Position numbers and translations under genes: made by a program | The notes under the pieces: model-generated | What the model saw: the letters and a program-made list of their open reading frames with translations, nothing else | Database searches by the model: none | What the model was told of the DNA's origin: nothing | In this document: in pieces, positions 1-12,870 of the stretch | Layout of the letters: every line of letters starts with the position of its first letter | Position numbering within the stretch: position 1 is the stretch's first letter | Source: Takakia lepidozioides | Lineage: Eukaryota; Plantae; Bryophyta | DNA: 64,000 nucleotides | NCBI GenBank assembly: GCA_030704615.1 | Contig: CM060731.1 | Coordinates: forward strand, 56,978,001 to 57,042,000 | Reading direction: 5' to 3'

Positions 1-789
1 GCAAATGAACAAAGAGCCCCTGGTTCCATGGATGTGCTTTGGTGTGCACAATGCAAGTTATTGCCCATGATTGCAGCACCCTTGATCAACTTGCTCTCTC
101 TTTGTCTCTCTCACTACATACACACTATGAAATAGTAACTCTGCTGAATGATTTTTTTGATGGTTTAGACCGTGACTGGAAGAAGCTGCCGCTGACACTT
201 GTATACAATTCACGCCACAAGAAGGATTTTCAACTGCTCTAGAATACAATTGAGCTCTTAAACTGAGAAGACTGCTGCAGCTTGGAAGCACCATTCAATA
301 TTGTCAGCCAAATCATAAAACAGAGATACCTCTTTAGCATCACATGAGTCCCGTTCAACTCTCAGACCTAGTTGCTCTCGGAAGCTGCACAACTATCGAA
401 GCCCTTTCAAGGGAACCAGACGTTATCGTATGTGAGTGCGCCCCAATGAGCCGTACGCTATTATCCATCAACTTAACAAGATGAGAGTGTTTGCTATGGC
501 AAGGCATCATAAACGACAGAGTTGGAGAAGCAGAAAAAGAGCCTGGAAGTGTGCCATGATGTCAAAAGAACTGCTTCCCTTCCTGCTCAGCCGCTTTTGG
601 AACTTGAAGAAGATGGCTAAGACTGAAGACAGCTGAAGGATGGTGGATCCTTACCCCCTTTCAGCTTATAGGCGTGAGGGATTAACCTCTTCCACGATAC
701 TGCCCCGGCAATCCAGGGAAAGCCAGAAAAGAGCTGTCTATGGTGCTATGGCTAACCCATAGAACAACACCAATTTGGTATGGTACAAG

Positions 790-1196
790 GATGATCTCAA
801 GGGCCTACCTACCCTTGGCACTAGACTGTAATTTAAATTCAGGGCGGGAAGCCTACCTTTGAACAAAAAAGAGATGCTGAGAGGAAGAGGAGATTGCCCA
901 ATGTGCGGGCAGCCTGAGACAATATCCACTTTCTGATACATTGTCCAGCATACTCAGCAGATAGTGACCCACTTCAGGAACATCCCACAACATTCCCGCA
1001 CCTCTGTTCACCAACTTCAAATTCTTGAGGCTCAGCATAAAGCCCTGGCCCTGTTGGGGTCTACTTGTTGGGAAGCTCAGACACAGCAAGCTGATACTTG
1101 TGTGAAGGGCTTACTAGAGGATATCTGGAGAACCTGAACCAATTGTCTTTACCAAGGTAAGTCACACTACTGGAGTGAATCCCTCACGAAAGGTAG
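790..1196 (+). mobile_element. Non-LTR retrotransposon (LINE) 3'-end remnant, same family as 41640-42140
   Basis: gatgatctcaagggcctacctacccttggcactagact...ttcagggcgggaagcctacctttgaaca matches the reverse complement of 42060-42140 (DDLKGLPTLGTRLKFKLRAGSLPLN); degenerate CPxC...HFLIHCP zinc motif; frameshifted. Confidence 0.75.
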
Positions 1197-1834
1197 TATT
1201 AATTGTGGCAGCTAGGGCATAAAAGGGATCCTTATTTGACAACCTGAATGAAAGGTTTCAGAAAGGTAAAACATACATCTCCATGAGATCTTTCCATTTC
1301 AATATTCCTCCAACAAGAAAAGACAAGCTTTTGAAGTGATGCACATTGTGAATGCTTTTGCTTAGCATTACTTCATGGAACACATTGACCACCATCAAGA
1401 TTGATCAGCTCAGATTATAAACCTAATCCAACAATGAATGGAGATGATGTACCCAGAAGACGTTCTTTGCCATAGCCTTGTGGCCATAGACCCTGTGCCC
1501 AGTTTGGTCCTCACCCAGGTCACAGACTGGAAACTGTATGTTGACTATGACGTATTGCAAGGGTAATTGTGTATAATGAACCAGAATATGTCACGGAGGC
1601 TGGTGTACACACGCTCTGCAACAAAAACACAGTCGATTTGAGCATGCTATGATGCCCCATCTAGCCACAGATGTGACACCCAGTCACACTGAGTCCAGAA
1701 AAGGGTTAAGCAAGAAATGAAACGAACTGGTACTTTATAACATTACCGTACAGCTCAAAGACCTCATCGGACAAGAGAAAGAAAGAAAGAAAAATAGAGA
1801 GGGACCCTCCACAAGCAGCCCAAAAGCAAGTATG

Positions 1835-2075
1835 TTCAAGCCATTGTCTAAGAGTCAATGCCTCATGCAGGTAAGCTGCCAAGCATTTCTGATCCTCGAA
1901 ATGGAAGACCTCCATGAGCAATTGGGTATCATGGAAAAAAGAATTGAATCCTCCACGGATCTCGTAGTACAAAGGCAGTGAAAGAAGAAATATTCTTCAC
2001 TTTTGATTTCTGTATTGTTCCCAGCGCACGCGGACCTCACAGTGCAGGTTCTCCCACCTTTCTCTATCCGCAGAC
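1835..2075 (-). mobile_element. LINE 3'-end remnant, family of 50326-51486
   Basis: Translates SEEYFFFHC/YYEIRGGF...[22 protein letters not shown], near-identical to the C-terminus of ORF 50348..51109. Confidence 0.75.
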
Positions 2076-2234
2076 TGTAAGCCCCTCACAAAGGTAGTGC
2101 CTATTCCCTATGTTTGCGTCCAAACTGGGCGTGGGGTCAATCCTAGTTGCTATCGGAAGCTGCTTCTTTTGCCCTTTCAAGGGAACCAGGGTTTAGAGGT
2201 GCTCCAAATACTAGACTCTTGGGAATAGCCATGA

Positions 2235-2562
2235 CACTAGCTCATTCACCTTTTTGGACCACACCAAATTGCATACCTGGCTGCCAGTACCATAACAGTT
2301 GAGTGGAGTGCTTGTTGCAGTGTTCCAATACCGGATGCAACAGTCAGCCGTCCCCCCACCCGAAGCTAGCAAGCCATGTTGATGTGGTGACCAAGCAATG
2401 GCCTTCACTGCTGCAGTATGCTCACTAAACTTCAACACAGGTTCGGTTGATTGCTCATGATTGCAGACAAACAGCTGATTGTCATTCCCCTCAGAAGCAA
2501 GCTCTCGATCATTATAAGACCACTTGAGGCCACAGACCTCAGACTGGTGGCCAACAAGTTGT
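2235..2562 (-). pseudogene. CCS52/FZR (Cdh1/Cdc20-family APC activator) WD40 fragment
   Basis: LVGHQSEVCGLKWSYNDRELASEGNDNQLFV...HTAAVKAIAWSPHQHGLLASGGGTADCCIRYWNT...GSQVCNLVWSKKVNELVS; truncated at both ends, uninterrupted, with substitutions at conserved positions. Confidence 0.85.
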
Positions 2563-4984
2563 CATAGAAAAGAAAGAATGTGAAAGATGTCTACGGGGAA
2601 CCCCCAAGAGAGGAAAACAGAAAGAGAGAACTTTTAAACATTCGCGAGAGACCCAAAGATCCAAGTGACAGAGTACAAGTATAATGTAGAACCACAGAAA
2701 CAAATACACAAATCTGTTTATTGTGATAATGTATCAATCCACATATCCATGATCCTTCTCCAAGCCTAGTTTCATCTGTACACTGCCCCATAAAACTCAC
2801 AATGACACATTAGCTCAGGCCAAGAACTAGTAAAATGAGGCCCTAATGATGATGAAAGATAGACTGTGAACCCTCACAGAGTAAACTCATGCAATAAACT
2901 AATGTACAGTTCTCCAGGGGGTCAATATCCTTGGAGCCAAATCTGCCCATAAGAACCATCACCAGTAAGGTAAAGTGGTGCAACCAATTACATTCAGCCT
3001 TCGCACTTGTTATTTGGGAAATACCAAAGAATGAATTCTGTGATGAATGTTTACTAGAAAACCTCAACGAGACAAACTTAACGTCGACCTCCCCTCCTTC
3101 CTGTGGCCGCATTCTCCTTTGGCTCACCATTAGCGATTGCAGCAACTGTTCCATTCGGTCTGTTGTCAGCTTCAACTTTCCCTCTCACATTCCTAGTTGA
3201 CGGCTCTTCTGTCTCCTTCGTTGGTCGATTGGCTTCTGGGGGCTTGGCGATCACTGGTTGAAGCTGTTGCAGCAAAGTCCACAAACATTCTCATTAAGTT
3301 CTATCCAGGGCTTGTAGGTGATAGACTTTTGGTGGAAAGTGAAACATTCTATATGTACCGGTAAGCACAGTCAGACCTGACCATGGGCTGCAACACCTTG
3401 AAACTTCATTCCTTTTAGATATTTTTCGAAATAGAGGTCAGAGAGCTCATTATATCCAGTTACAGAATGTGACACAGGATATGATGGAATTGCCTGTTTC
3501 GATCAGAGGGGAATGAGAGTCTATCGGGGACCACTCCCATTGTAGAAATAAGTTATCATCATTAACTAAAGTTATGCTGGTCTTCCAGATCTTCTCAAGA
3601 TATCACAGACACAAAAAGAGCGAAGGTGAGGGAGGGACCTGGTAGACAGAGTAGATGACAGTGCGGCGGATTTGTGCCATCATGTCCAGAAAAAGGTTCT
3701 AGCCCTCGAGCTTGTACTCAATCAAGGGGTTGCGCTGTGCATAGCCCTGCAGTCCAACTGCTTGCTGCACAAACCTCAGGGCTTGCAAATGCTCCTTCCA
3801 AAGGTTGTCTGTTTGGGTCCGCACAAAGTAGCGCTCTGCCTCTTGCATCGACCCTGACGCCTTCTTCTCGACCTCCGCCTGGACAAATATCCCACCACCC
3901 ACATCCAGGACTTATCAGTTCAGAAATTCTTGATTGTGTGTCATGCCAAGAATGAAACTCTAAAAATTCCATTGGAGAGTTGGAGCTTTGGAAACACAGT
4001 TATATGGTAGAAGCTGAAATGAACGGAAAGTTTTCAGTTGGAATTGGAGTTGGTCTAATACAATCTGAAACCATAAGAACCAGAAGTGGGTTGACAATTT
4101 GTGGTGAAGAACTGTGGATTGTGTCCATTTTTGGATATGGGCTTTGGTATGGTAGCCCTACATACCTCGACAATGCATTCTTTGATGAGGGGATCTTGTC
4201 CCACAATTCGTTTGAAATTCTAAAAGGCACATGAGATTAATAGAAGTCCCCTATAAATGGTGCACAAGTGGGCGGAGTACCTTTTTTCTGCAAATAAGCT
4301 TCTCGACCTCGGACCGAAGATACTCACACAGGCTTTAGATGGTAGGACACTTTTCAGCGAGTAACTCTGGTGTCAAGTCTTCCAACAAATGACAGTACCT
4401 GCAGCACAGATTTGCAAATACAAAATACCTCCACAATTTTACAAATTCAAGGTCCACAAACATGCCCCTGCAATGCCTGGAGGGGGATAATTTTTTGTCT
4501 TTGTAAACATAGTCTGGAAACTCTATATGCTTTCTTAACTTCAGGTCATCAAGCATCCAACACAAGAGAGATAGAAAGACTCAGTAGACCTCTTTGTATC
4601 AGTAAGAGATGGTGTCATGCAATGGCAAGAGTAGGAAACTTACTGCTTTAACTTCGCACACAGAGCTTCAAACTCCATTCCTCCTTTGGAAGTGTGGGAT
4701 TGATGTTTGCCTGCATCAGTCCCCAGTAAGAGTAACTCACAGGAAGTCTTATGTCTCAATAACTTATGGGCCTCATCTAAAGACCGCGTCAGCATTTTGG
4801 ACTCAATGGGTACTACTTACTGGAGTGAGCCCCTCACAAAGGTAGTGTCCGTCCGCTCTTGTTCCTCACAAAACTGGACACAGTATCGATGGCCACAAGG
4901 CTACAGCACTGAGCAAACAATACCTTACGAGTACATTCAGAGAATTTCATTCAGGCCGGATTTCAAACACAAGATTACTTCTGA

Positions 4985-5890
4985 TTCCCTGTGGATCAAT
5001 AGCTACAAGAAATCTGCGTGGGTAGATGGTCAGCTGGAAACAGCAGCGCAGCACAATCGATAGAACAAAGCACTGCTAATGAAGGCACCTTCTTCAACAC
5101 ATTTCACCCTGTTTTTCCCCGTTATTAGAGTCATCCCTAAATTTTCATGTTGAATTCTGCAAGTTAGCTCGTTGGTGGATCTATGGTGGTTTTGGAGTGA
5201 TTTTGACATGTTACTGCCACTGTGGCAACAACAAAGTATTGAAAAACATATAACAGAGACGAGGAAAAGCTCTGGAATGAATACGTTTCCGACCCCAATC
5301 AATGGTGGAACAATCAAGGCAAAAAGGTGAATGTCTGTTGGAAGCAGAGGCAAGTCAGCATAGCAACTAGTGTGATAAGTAGGGTTGGGGTGTTTGCTGG
5401 AACAATTCTAGGCTGTCATTGTCAGCTGCTAGCAGCCAGGCAAGGATGTATGCATGATTTGTGCAGAGGCATGGATAGCTGAAGGAGCAGGGATAGAGTG
5501 TGGGTCCAGATTCATCCAAGAGGGCCGGATTTCAAGCTCCAGCTGTGGAAGGATAGCTACAAGAAACCTGCATGGGTAGATGGTCAACTGGAAGCCGCAG
5601 CAGCAGCGACACAATTGATAAAATCAGGCACTGCTAATCAAGGCACCTTCTTCAGCACATTTTCACCCTGTTTTTACCTCTTATGAGAATCGGCCCTAAG
5701 TTTCCATGTTGAATTCTAAAAGTTAGCTGGTTGAGTGAATGTAGTTTGGAGTGACTTTGACATGATACTGCCAATGTGACAACAGGAAAGTATCCAAAAA
5801 CAGTAACAGAGATGAGGAGAAGCTGTGGAATGAATACTTTTCTGACCCCAGTCAATGGTGGGACAACCGAGGCAAAAAGTTGAATGCCTG
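4985..5890 (+). repeat. Locally duplicated non-coding block upstream of PPR copy; inverted homologues at ~40860-40960 and ~43960-44400
   Basis: gatagctacaagaaa..gggtagatggtca..ggcaccttcttca..tttcatgttgaattct occurs at ~5000 and ~5550; aggctgtcattgtcagctgctagcagc (5410-5436) is the reverse complement of 43967-43993. Confidence 0.75.
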
Positions 5891-5895
5891 TCAGA

Positions 5896-6890
5896 TTACC
5901 AGATGTCATTCTGAACACTGTCCTGGTGGACATGTATGCCAAATGTGGGTGCATCGAGGACGCAAAAGGAGTGTTTAACACTATGGCTGAACGAGATGTG
6001 GTGTCATGGAGTGCGATGCTTGCAGGGTATGCACAGCAAGGGTGTGGGATGGAGGCTTTGGAGACCTATGAGCAAATGATGGGGGAAGGGGTTGAAGCCC
6101 AACCACAATAATTTTTGTGTGCGTTTTCAATGCGTGTGCAAGTCTGGCAGCCCTGGAAAAGGGCAAAGAGATCCATGGTGACATCATCAAATCTGTAATT
6201 GTACCAGATGCCATCCTGAACACTGCTCTGGTGGACATGTATGCCAAATGTGGGAGCATTGAGGATGTGAGAATGTTCAACACTATGGCTGAACGAGATG
6301 CGGTGTCATGGAACACGATGCTTGCAGGGTATGCACAGCAAGGGCGTGGGATGGAGCTTTGGAGACCTATGACCAAATGATGGGGGAAGGGGTGAAGCCC
6401 GACCGCATCACGTTTGTGTGTGTTTGCAGTACGTGTGCAAGCCTGGCAGCCCTGGAAAACGGCAAAGAGGTGCATGGTTGCATCACCAAAGCTGGAATTG
6501 TACCAGATGTGATTCTGAACAATACCCTCGTGGACATGTATGCCAAATGTGGGAGCATTGAGGATGCGGAGGGAGTGCTCAACACTATGGCTGAACGAGA
6601 TGTGGTGTCATGGAACGCGATGCTTGCAGGATGTGCACAGCAAGGGGGCGGGATGGAGGCTTTGGAGACCTATGAGCAAATGATGGGGGAAGGGATGAAG
6701 CCCGACCACATAACATTTGTGTGCGTTTGCAGTGCGTGTGCAAGCCTGGCAGCCCTGGAAAAGGGCAAAGAGGTCCATGGTTGCATCGTCAAATCTGGAA
6801 TGGTACCAGATGTGATTCTGAACAATACCCTTGTGGACATGTATGCCAAATGTGGGAGCATTGAGGATGCAGAAGGAGTGTTCAACAATA
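5896..6890 (+). pseudogene. PLS-class PPR gene fragment (tandem P-L-S triplets, frameshifted)
   Basis: Repeated [22 protein letters not shown] / [18 protein letters not shown] / [26 protein letters not shown] spread over three frames; no N-terminus or E/DYW. Confidence 0.9.
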
Positions 6891-7400
6891 CAATTGCAGA
6901 AACTGAAGAACTTGAAAAACAATTGAGTGACTTACTTGAGAAGGGGTATATTCGGGCTAGCAAATCCCCTTGGGGCGCTCCAGTCATGTTCAGAAAGAAA
7001 AAAGATGGTGGGTTAAGACTGTGTGTGGACTATAGGTGGATGAACAAAATGACAATCAAGAATAAATATCCACTTCCATGCATTGATGATATCTTTGATC
7101 ACCTATATGCGAGTAAGGTCTTTTCTAAACTTGATTTGCGATCAGGTTATCACCAGATACGAATTAAAGATGCAGATATTCCTAAGACTGGATTCCGATC
7201 ACGCTTATATACGGTAATGCCATTTGGACTTACCAATGCTCCGGCTACGTTCATGCACTTGATGAACTCTCTATTTCGAAAATACCTTGGCAAGATGGTT
7301 CTTGTCTTCATGGATGACATCCTGGTATTTTCTAAAACAGAATAAGAGCATGAACAACATTTGAGAATGATCTTGGATATCTTAAGGCAGAATCATCTGT
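6891..7400 (+). mobile_element. Ty3/gypsy reverse transcriptase fragment
   Basis: [70 protein letters not shown]; stop at 7343-7345. Confidence 0.9.
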
Positions 7401-8187
7401 TGGGTGCCTCGTTGGGATGATGGGCCATTTCTTCCAGAGTTGCGCAGAAACCCCCAGCAGGAGGAGGTGTTGGACAATTTCAAGGCTGCCATCACTATTG
7501 TTCTAAAGTATTGGCAGAACACATGGCGTGACCAAGTTGCCCCTATTCCAGGGGTGTTCTTGCCACTTCCAAACATATCGGATTTAATTGAAAAATTGCA
7601 TGTCGCCGTAGCAAGAGCGACACACCCTGCTCTGGCAAATGTGGAAGAGAGTCAGCACTCGCCTAGAACGCTACGCATGATGGCAAGGGTGGACCACACA
7701 ACATTGGATCCCTCTTTGACCACTCGAGCCCAGGCTCGAGCTCTCCGTACTGGTGGAGGCACGTCCTCTACACCGGGAGCATCTTCATCAACATCTGGAG
7801 ATGACGACAACGAAGTAATAAATCTAGATGAAGATGACTAGAAAGGCTAGAAACGTAGGGAGTAGGCCAAAGGTCTCAGGTTGCGAAAACTTAAATGTGC
7901 AACCCACTGTATAGTCTACGTAATTTTTGGAAATACGAGGTTCATCCTTTGAACCATTTTTGAATGACCTCATACTTGTTCGGTACCTGTTTGACGGCAT
8001 GTACAATATACTGGCAAAGTTTCAAAACAATCAAAAATTGTTGAATGAAGATACCATTGGTTCATCCATTGCAATATTTTAAATCGAACTCATACTTGTC
8101 CGGTACCTTTGAGAGGGCATATACAATGCAATGGCAAAGTTTGAAAGCATTCAGAAATTGGCACATCAAGTAACCATTGGTTCCTCC

Positions 8188-8262
8188 TGGCTGAATGAGA
8201 TTTGGTGTCATGGAATGTCATGCTTGCAGGATATGCACAGCAAGGGCGGGCCATGGAGGCTT
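8188..8262 (+). pseudogene. Continuation of the PPR motif split at 6890
   Basis: tggctgaatgagatttggtgtcatggaatgtcatgcttgcaggatatgcacagcaaggg = (M)[18 protein letters not shown], resuming exactly where ...ttcaacaata (6890) stops. Confidence 0.8.
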
Positions 8263-9410
8263 TCTCTCCATGGCCTTGTGGAGGTGTGGAGCCTTTTCAT
8301 TGGCAGGCAATAGAGCCAATGGACTGAGAGAGAGAGAGAGAGTTGGGGGGGGAGGCACCTTCAGAGTGAAAGTGGCAAACATCAATATCTCCTTGAGTTC
8401 TTCCAAAAGGGCGAATCATGGTAAAAGAGGTAACTGGGAATCAGTTCAGATCATCCCAAAGCAATCTTCAAGACCTAAATTTGGACATGAACATTACCAC
8501 ATTTTGACCTATGTACTTGCCATGGCCACATTGATACCTCCCCCTGCAGGCTTACAGCAACTTAGAAGGCCTCCTAATCCCTTGATTGACTGCTTGGCTT
8601 GAGACTTGATAACAGAGGTACCTTGAAGGTTTCAATGTCTAAAAATGCTACAAATAGCGTCTCACATCATATCAACCTCAAAGAGAGACGCCCTCTTCAA
8701 AACTATCAATGGAATTCTGTCTGAGCCTCTGTTTACCAACTTTGATAGTCTCGAGGCTGAGCCAAAAGCCCAGGAAGGAAGACACGGGGGAGATGTCATT
8801 GGCAATGAGAACCAAGCAGATTTCATGCAGAACAAAAACAAAACTCCTGAACGTTGCAAATTTGCAAATTTTATCAACAAAATAAGTCGCCTTCCAGATT
8901 GAACCCATCAATTGGAACTACAACGGAGCCACTAGCAAAACGAGTACAATATCTCTAAAACGTGCAAGTGGGTACTAAGGAGATAGAATCGATAAGAAAG
9001 CCAAAAACTTCTCAACCAAAAATCTGTTGGGAACTAAATTTGTCCTCCACTAAATTGTTACAATCTCCGAACTGCAGTGTACGGTGGAACTTTATGATTG
9101 TTGGAGGAGGCAGCTCACCTTCTATACAAGGTAGGTTTTCATGGATCTGAATTGTCGGTAAGGCATGGGATTTCCCTAGCTTTTGCAAGAGTGCTTGGGC
9201 AGTCCCAAAATGTCACACCAGCGGGCAAAGCAAGCAAAGCAGGCGGAAACCAGACAAGAAGGCAAGAACTAAGAACCCTCTCGAGAGAAATCAAGGGCCA
9301 GTACTTAGAAAAAAAAAGGTCCCCAGGAAAGTAGACAAGGGCCCAAGAATTAACAATTTTCCTAACACGATTAATTTCTACATATATGAATCCCTAGCCT
9401 TCATTGGAAG

Positions 9411-9481
9411 TGCACTGGCCAGCAATCGAACCCGGGTCTATACCGTGGCAGGAAACTATTCTACCACTAGACCACCAATGC
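9411..9481 (-). tRNA. tRNA-Gly(GCC), probably a pseudogene
   Basis: Reverse complement GCATTGGTGGTCTAGTGGTAGAATAGTTTCCTGCCACGGTATAGACCCGGGTTCGATTGCTGGCCAGTGCA; 71 nt, A and B boxes, paired acceptor stem, but mismatches in the anticodon and T stems. Confidence 0.8.
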
Positions 9482-9954
9482 AATATATGAAAATGTGATG
9501 TGAGATTTCCTATTGTAAACCTTTTACTTTTATACAAACATACTTCAGAAGTCTCCAAATCAGAAAATCAAAACCTTCATCAGGCCTGATTTCTTACTTC
9601 TGATTTCTGAACTCGGAATTCGAATGGGGCGTGAAGATGGAATTCAGAATTAGGGCGAGCTTCTACTCTGCTCTTCCTATCTTCTGAGCAATGCATCGTG
9701 GAGTTAATAATCTGCTTTTAGTATTTACTGCAGTGTATTATGCACTCTTTCATTGTTGTGAATTGAAAGCACGAATCCGATGCATTTCATTTCTTAAGAC
9801 ATCTCCACTTCATCAAGGATTTTATCATCTCTCGTCTGTCACTATGGAGGTGAGATATTTCTTATCCTAAGTCGTTGAAATTATTTCCGTAGCAACTTCC
9901 AAACAAGCGAACTGGAAGTATTGTATTTGTAAAGCTCAGTGCGGGGAGAGGAAG

Positions 9955-10571
9955 TGTCGCGGCCTTTTGCCTTGAGAGCAGGGGGTCGGGACACAAGAGG
10001 GGTTGCCCCTATGGTGGGGGCAGTGGCAACAATAGGTACGGGGGTTGAGGCGGAGGCGATCACTAGGTGGAGCCCCGCACACTGGGTTGCGGTGGGGGTG
10101 GTTCCACGAGGGGTGGTGGTAGCTTAGTGGGTCTTAGTGGGGGTGGCGTAGAACTCACCATGGGGCGGAGACCTTGTGGTGGGAGTCATGGGGAGTCTTG
10201 GGACTCATCACGGTCCATTGGGGCCGTGGTGGGTGGGCCAAGACTCACCGCGACTCATCACCGGAAGTCAAGGGTCTTCGTGGTGGTTCGCCATAAAAGG
10301 ACGGTGCTGTTTGTGAAACCCCCGTGGACAGTCACAGAAGTATATATAGGGAGTAGTAACCCCGAGAACGGTGTAAGCCCGTTGGTGACCAAAAAATAGT
10401 GAATAAGCGTGCGAGCCGGAAAGCGACCAAGGTGTGGGGAGCTGTTCCGGACTGCCAACAACCAAAGGGAATTTCCACTAGGCCCAAAGTGAGCGAGGGT
10501 CTTGTGGAAGAGCAAAGGGGGACCGTTATGTCTCAGTGAGCAGCCGAAGCTCCGAGTTGGCCCAGCGGCCA
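9955..10571 (+). repeat. LTR-like repeat (TG...CA), copy of 27684-28332
   Basis: tgtcgcggccttttgccttgag...gcggcca, highly similar to 27684-28332 apart from a ~30-bp indel; preceded by purine tract gcggggagaggaag. Confidence 0.75.
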
Positions 10572-12319
10572 TGTCAAATTATTTTACCACTAGTGTGAAA
10601 CTAGCTAGGCAATAGCTAGCTTTTACATATTGACATTTGGGATTGGCCCAAGTGTCAATCCAGGGATCAAGGCAGATTTAGGCCCTGGAGTGGTTATCTT
10701 TACGGCAAGCGCGGGAGGCTCATCTTTCTCGAGTTGAGCCTCACCGCGCCTAGCTATGGCGCCGTAGTGTGGATTCCCCATGGCGTGGGGTGCACTTGGC
10801 TTGACTTGTATTTGAGTGATGAGGTTATATATGCATGAGTTTATGCCTCAGCTTTGTGAGCTCGCATGAGCTTGTGCTTGTATTCTTCTTCTTTATCACT
10901 CGAGAAAGATGAGCTCGTATCTCTGAGTGCCAGATACGAGTTAGTTGTAGCACTTGTGGTTTTTGCTTGAGAATGAGAGAAACCAGGTTGTTATGCAAGG
11001 AGCACCATGGAGCTCTTGGTTGTTAGAAGCGGAGGCGATGTGGGTTACGAGGTGGTAGACCTTGGCATTCGATCTTCAGCTTCAGAGATGAAAGCACCAT
11101 GCTGCAGGTAATTCCAGAGCACCTTGATGGTTTCAAATTGTGTACATGCATGAGCAAGCACGATTGGGAAGAGGACCAGTCAAAAGCAGGTTATAGTGGC
11201 TTTGGTGGCAAAGCTGAGAACTGGACTTGGGAATGCAAGCTTTCATTGTGTGAAGGATTGCAAAACCAAGCGAAAGGGCTGATTTGGCTTGGGGCAAATC
11301 AATGCACTTTGTGGAGTATGTTGAGATTGGGTTTCAATCTCGAGCTTCAGCATTGAGAGGGCTCTTGTCATGGCAAGAGCAGGGTTGGAACAGGAGCTAA
11401 GAGGTGCGGCAAGGCCATGGAATGTGCACCTAGGGTTTCAGAGCTTGGAAGAAGAGCTCTTGCACCACGAGGAGTGTCTTGTGGCTGGAAATGTAAGCCT
11501 TAGGGTTTCAGGAGCTTGGCAAGGGCTGTGGAGTGCTTAGTCTTGTCTTAGAGAGCATCAATGAGCTAAGGAGCCAAGATAGGGGGCTGATACCTCTTGT
11601 GTGAAGAGGTTGCATGTGTGGAGCATGTATTCAGCTCATTGAAGCTTCCATCTTCAAGCTTGGAGGGCAAGCAAGAAAGGAAGGAAGGGGCTGGTTTCCA
11701 TGTAGGGCATGTGTGGAGCATGCTTCCAGCCCGCTGAAGCGTGTATTTTCAGGTTGGTGGGTGCAAGAAAGAAAGCAAAGGGGCTGATTCTCTGGTGGTG
11801 AGAGTGGGGCATGTGTGGAGCATGCCTTCAGTCCATTGGGCTTTTGTTTTCAAGCTTTAAAGAACTAGAAGAGAAGGTAAGGGGCTGATCTGCTCTTATG
11901 TGACAATCCGACACTTGTAGAGCGTGTTCTGAGTTGGGGTTTCAACCTCAAGCCTAGATAGAGCATGGCTCTTCAAGTGGCAGGTGTAGGGGGCTGGAAT
12001 AGGCTCTAAGACAGATGTTATGGCCAAGGGAAACGCTTGAATAAGTGCTCACAAGGGCTGGAAACCAGCAAGGCTTGGTTTTTTGCCATTGAGTTTAGTG
12101 GCGTGTTTGGGGAGTCTAAGTGAGAAAGAAGGCTTGGTTTGTGGCAACCATCTTCCTCATGGCTTAGGGCTACTATTGGTGGTGTGTGAGAGCCGAAAGA
12201 GCAAGAATACCTTGCTGATTTCTTCACAGCCGCCATAGCTCGGTGCAAAGAAGCCTAGAGTCCAAGAGACACAAACCCTAGTTTGGCGTGGCTAAACCCC
12301 TTGGAGAAATGGCTAAACT

Positions 12320-12870
12320 GTCATGAGTGGCCTGTGGGGCTGTGACAGGCTGTGGTGGGCTGTGACAGGCTGTGCCCCGTGGCTTGTGGGGCTGTGATGG
12401 GTTGTGATGGGCTGTGACAGGCTGTGGCGAGCTGTGATGGGCTGTGATGGGCTGTGACAGGCTATGCCCAGTGGCCTGTGGGGCTGTGATGGGCTGTGAC
12501 AGGCTGTGCCCAGTGGCCTGTGGGGCTGTGACGGGCTGTGAGAGGCTGTGAGAGGCTGTGCCCTGTGGCATGTGAGGGGTTGTGAGGGGCTGTGACATGC
12601 TGTGCCCTGTGGCCTATGGGGCTGCGAGGGGCTATGACAGGCTGTGCCTGTGGCCTTTGGGGTTGTGATGGGCTGTGACAGGCTGTGACATGTGGCCTTT
12701 GGGGTTATGACAGGCTGCGGCCTGTGGGGCTGTGACCCTATGACCTGTGTAGGGCTGTGATAGGCTGTGGCCTGTGTGGGGCTGTGACGGCTGCGACCAG
12801 TGAGCTGTGTGGGCCTGTGCTGGTCTGTGGTGGCCCGTGTTGACCTGTGGACGGCCTGTGCTAACTCGTG
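12320..12870. repeat. Degenerate minisatellite (GGGCTGTGAC/T-type ~10-bp units) in the element's 5' region
   Basis: Dozens of gggctgtgat / ggctgtgaca / gtggcctgtg units. Confidence 0.9.

Noticed and set aside
2840-4600. Short ORFs possibly from gag or transposase debris
   Set aside because: No motif I can assign with confidence
6891-8187. Helitron (insertion falls between A and T)
   Set aside because: No 5'-TC or 3'-CTRR termini in either orientation
10572-10898. Complete 327-bp LTR pair with 20332-20658
   Set aside because: TG..CA ends exist but there is no TSD, no PBS after 10898 and no PPT before 20332; the PPT points to 20165, so this is likely only the overlap of two truncated LTRs
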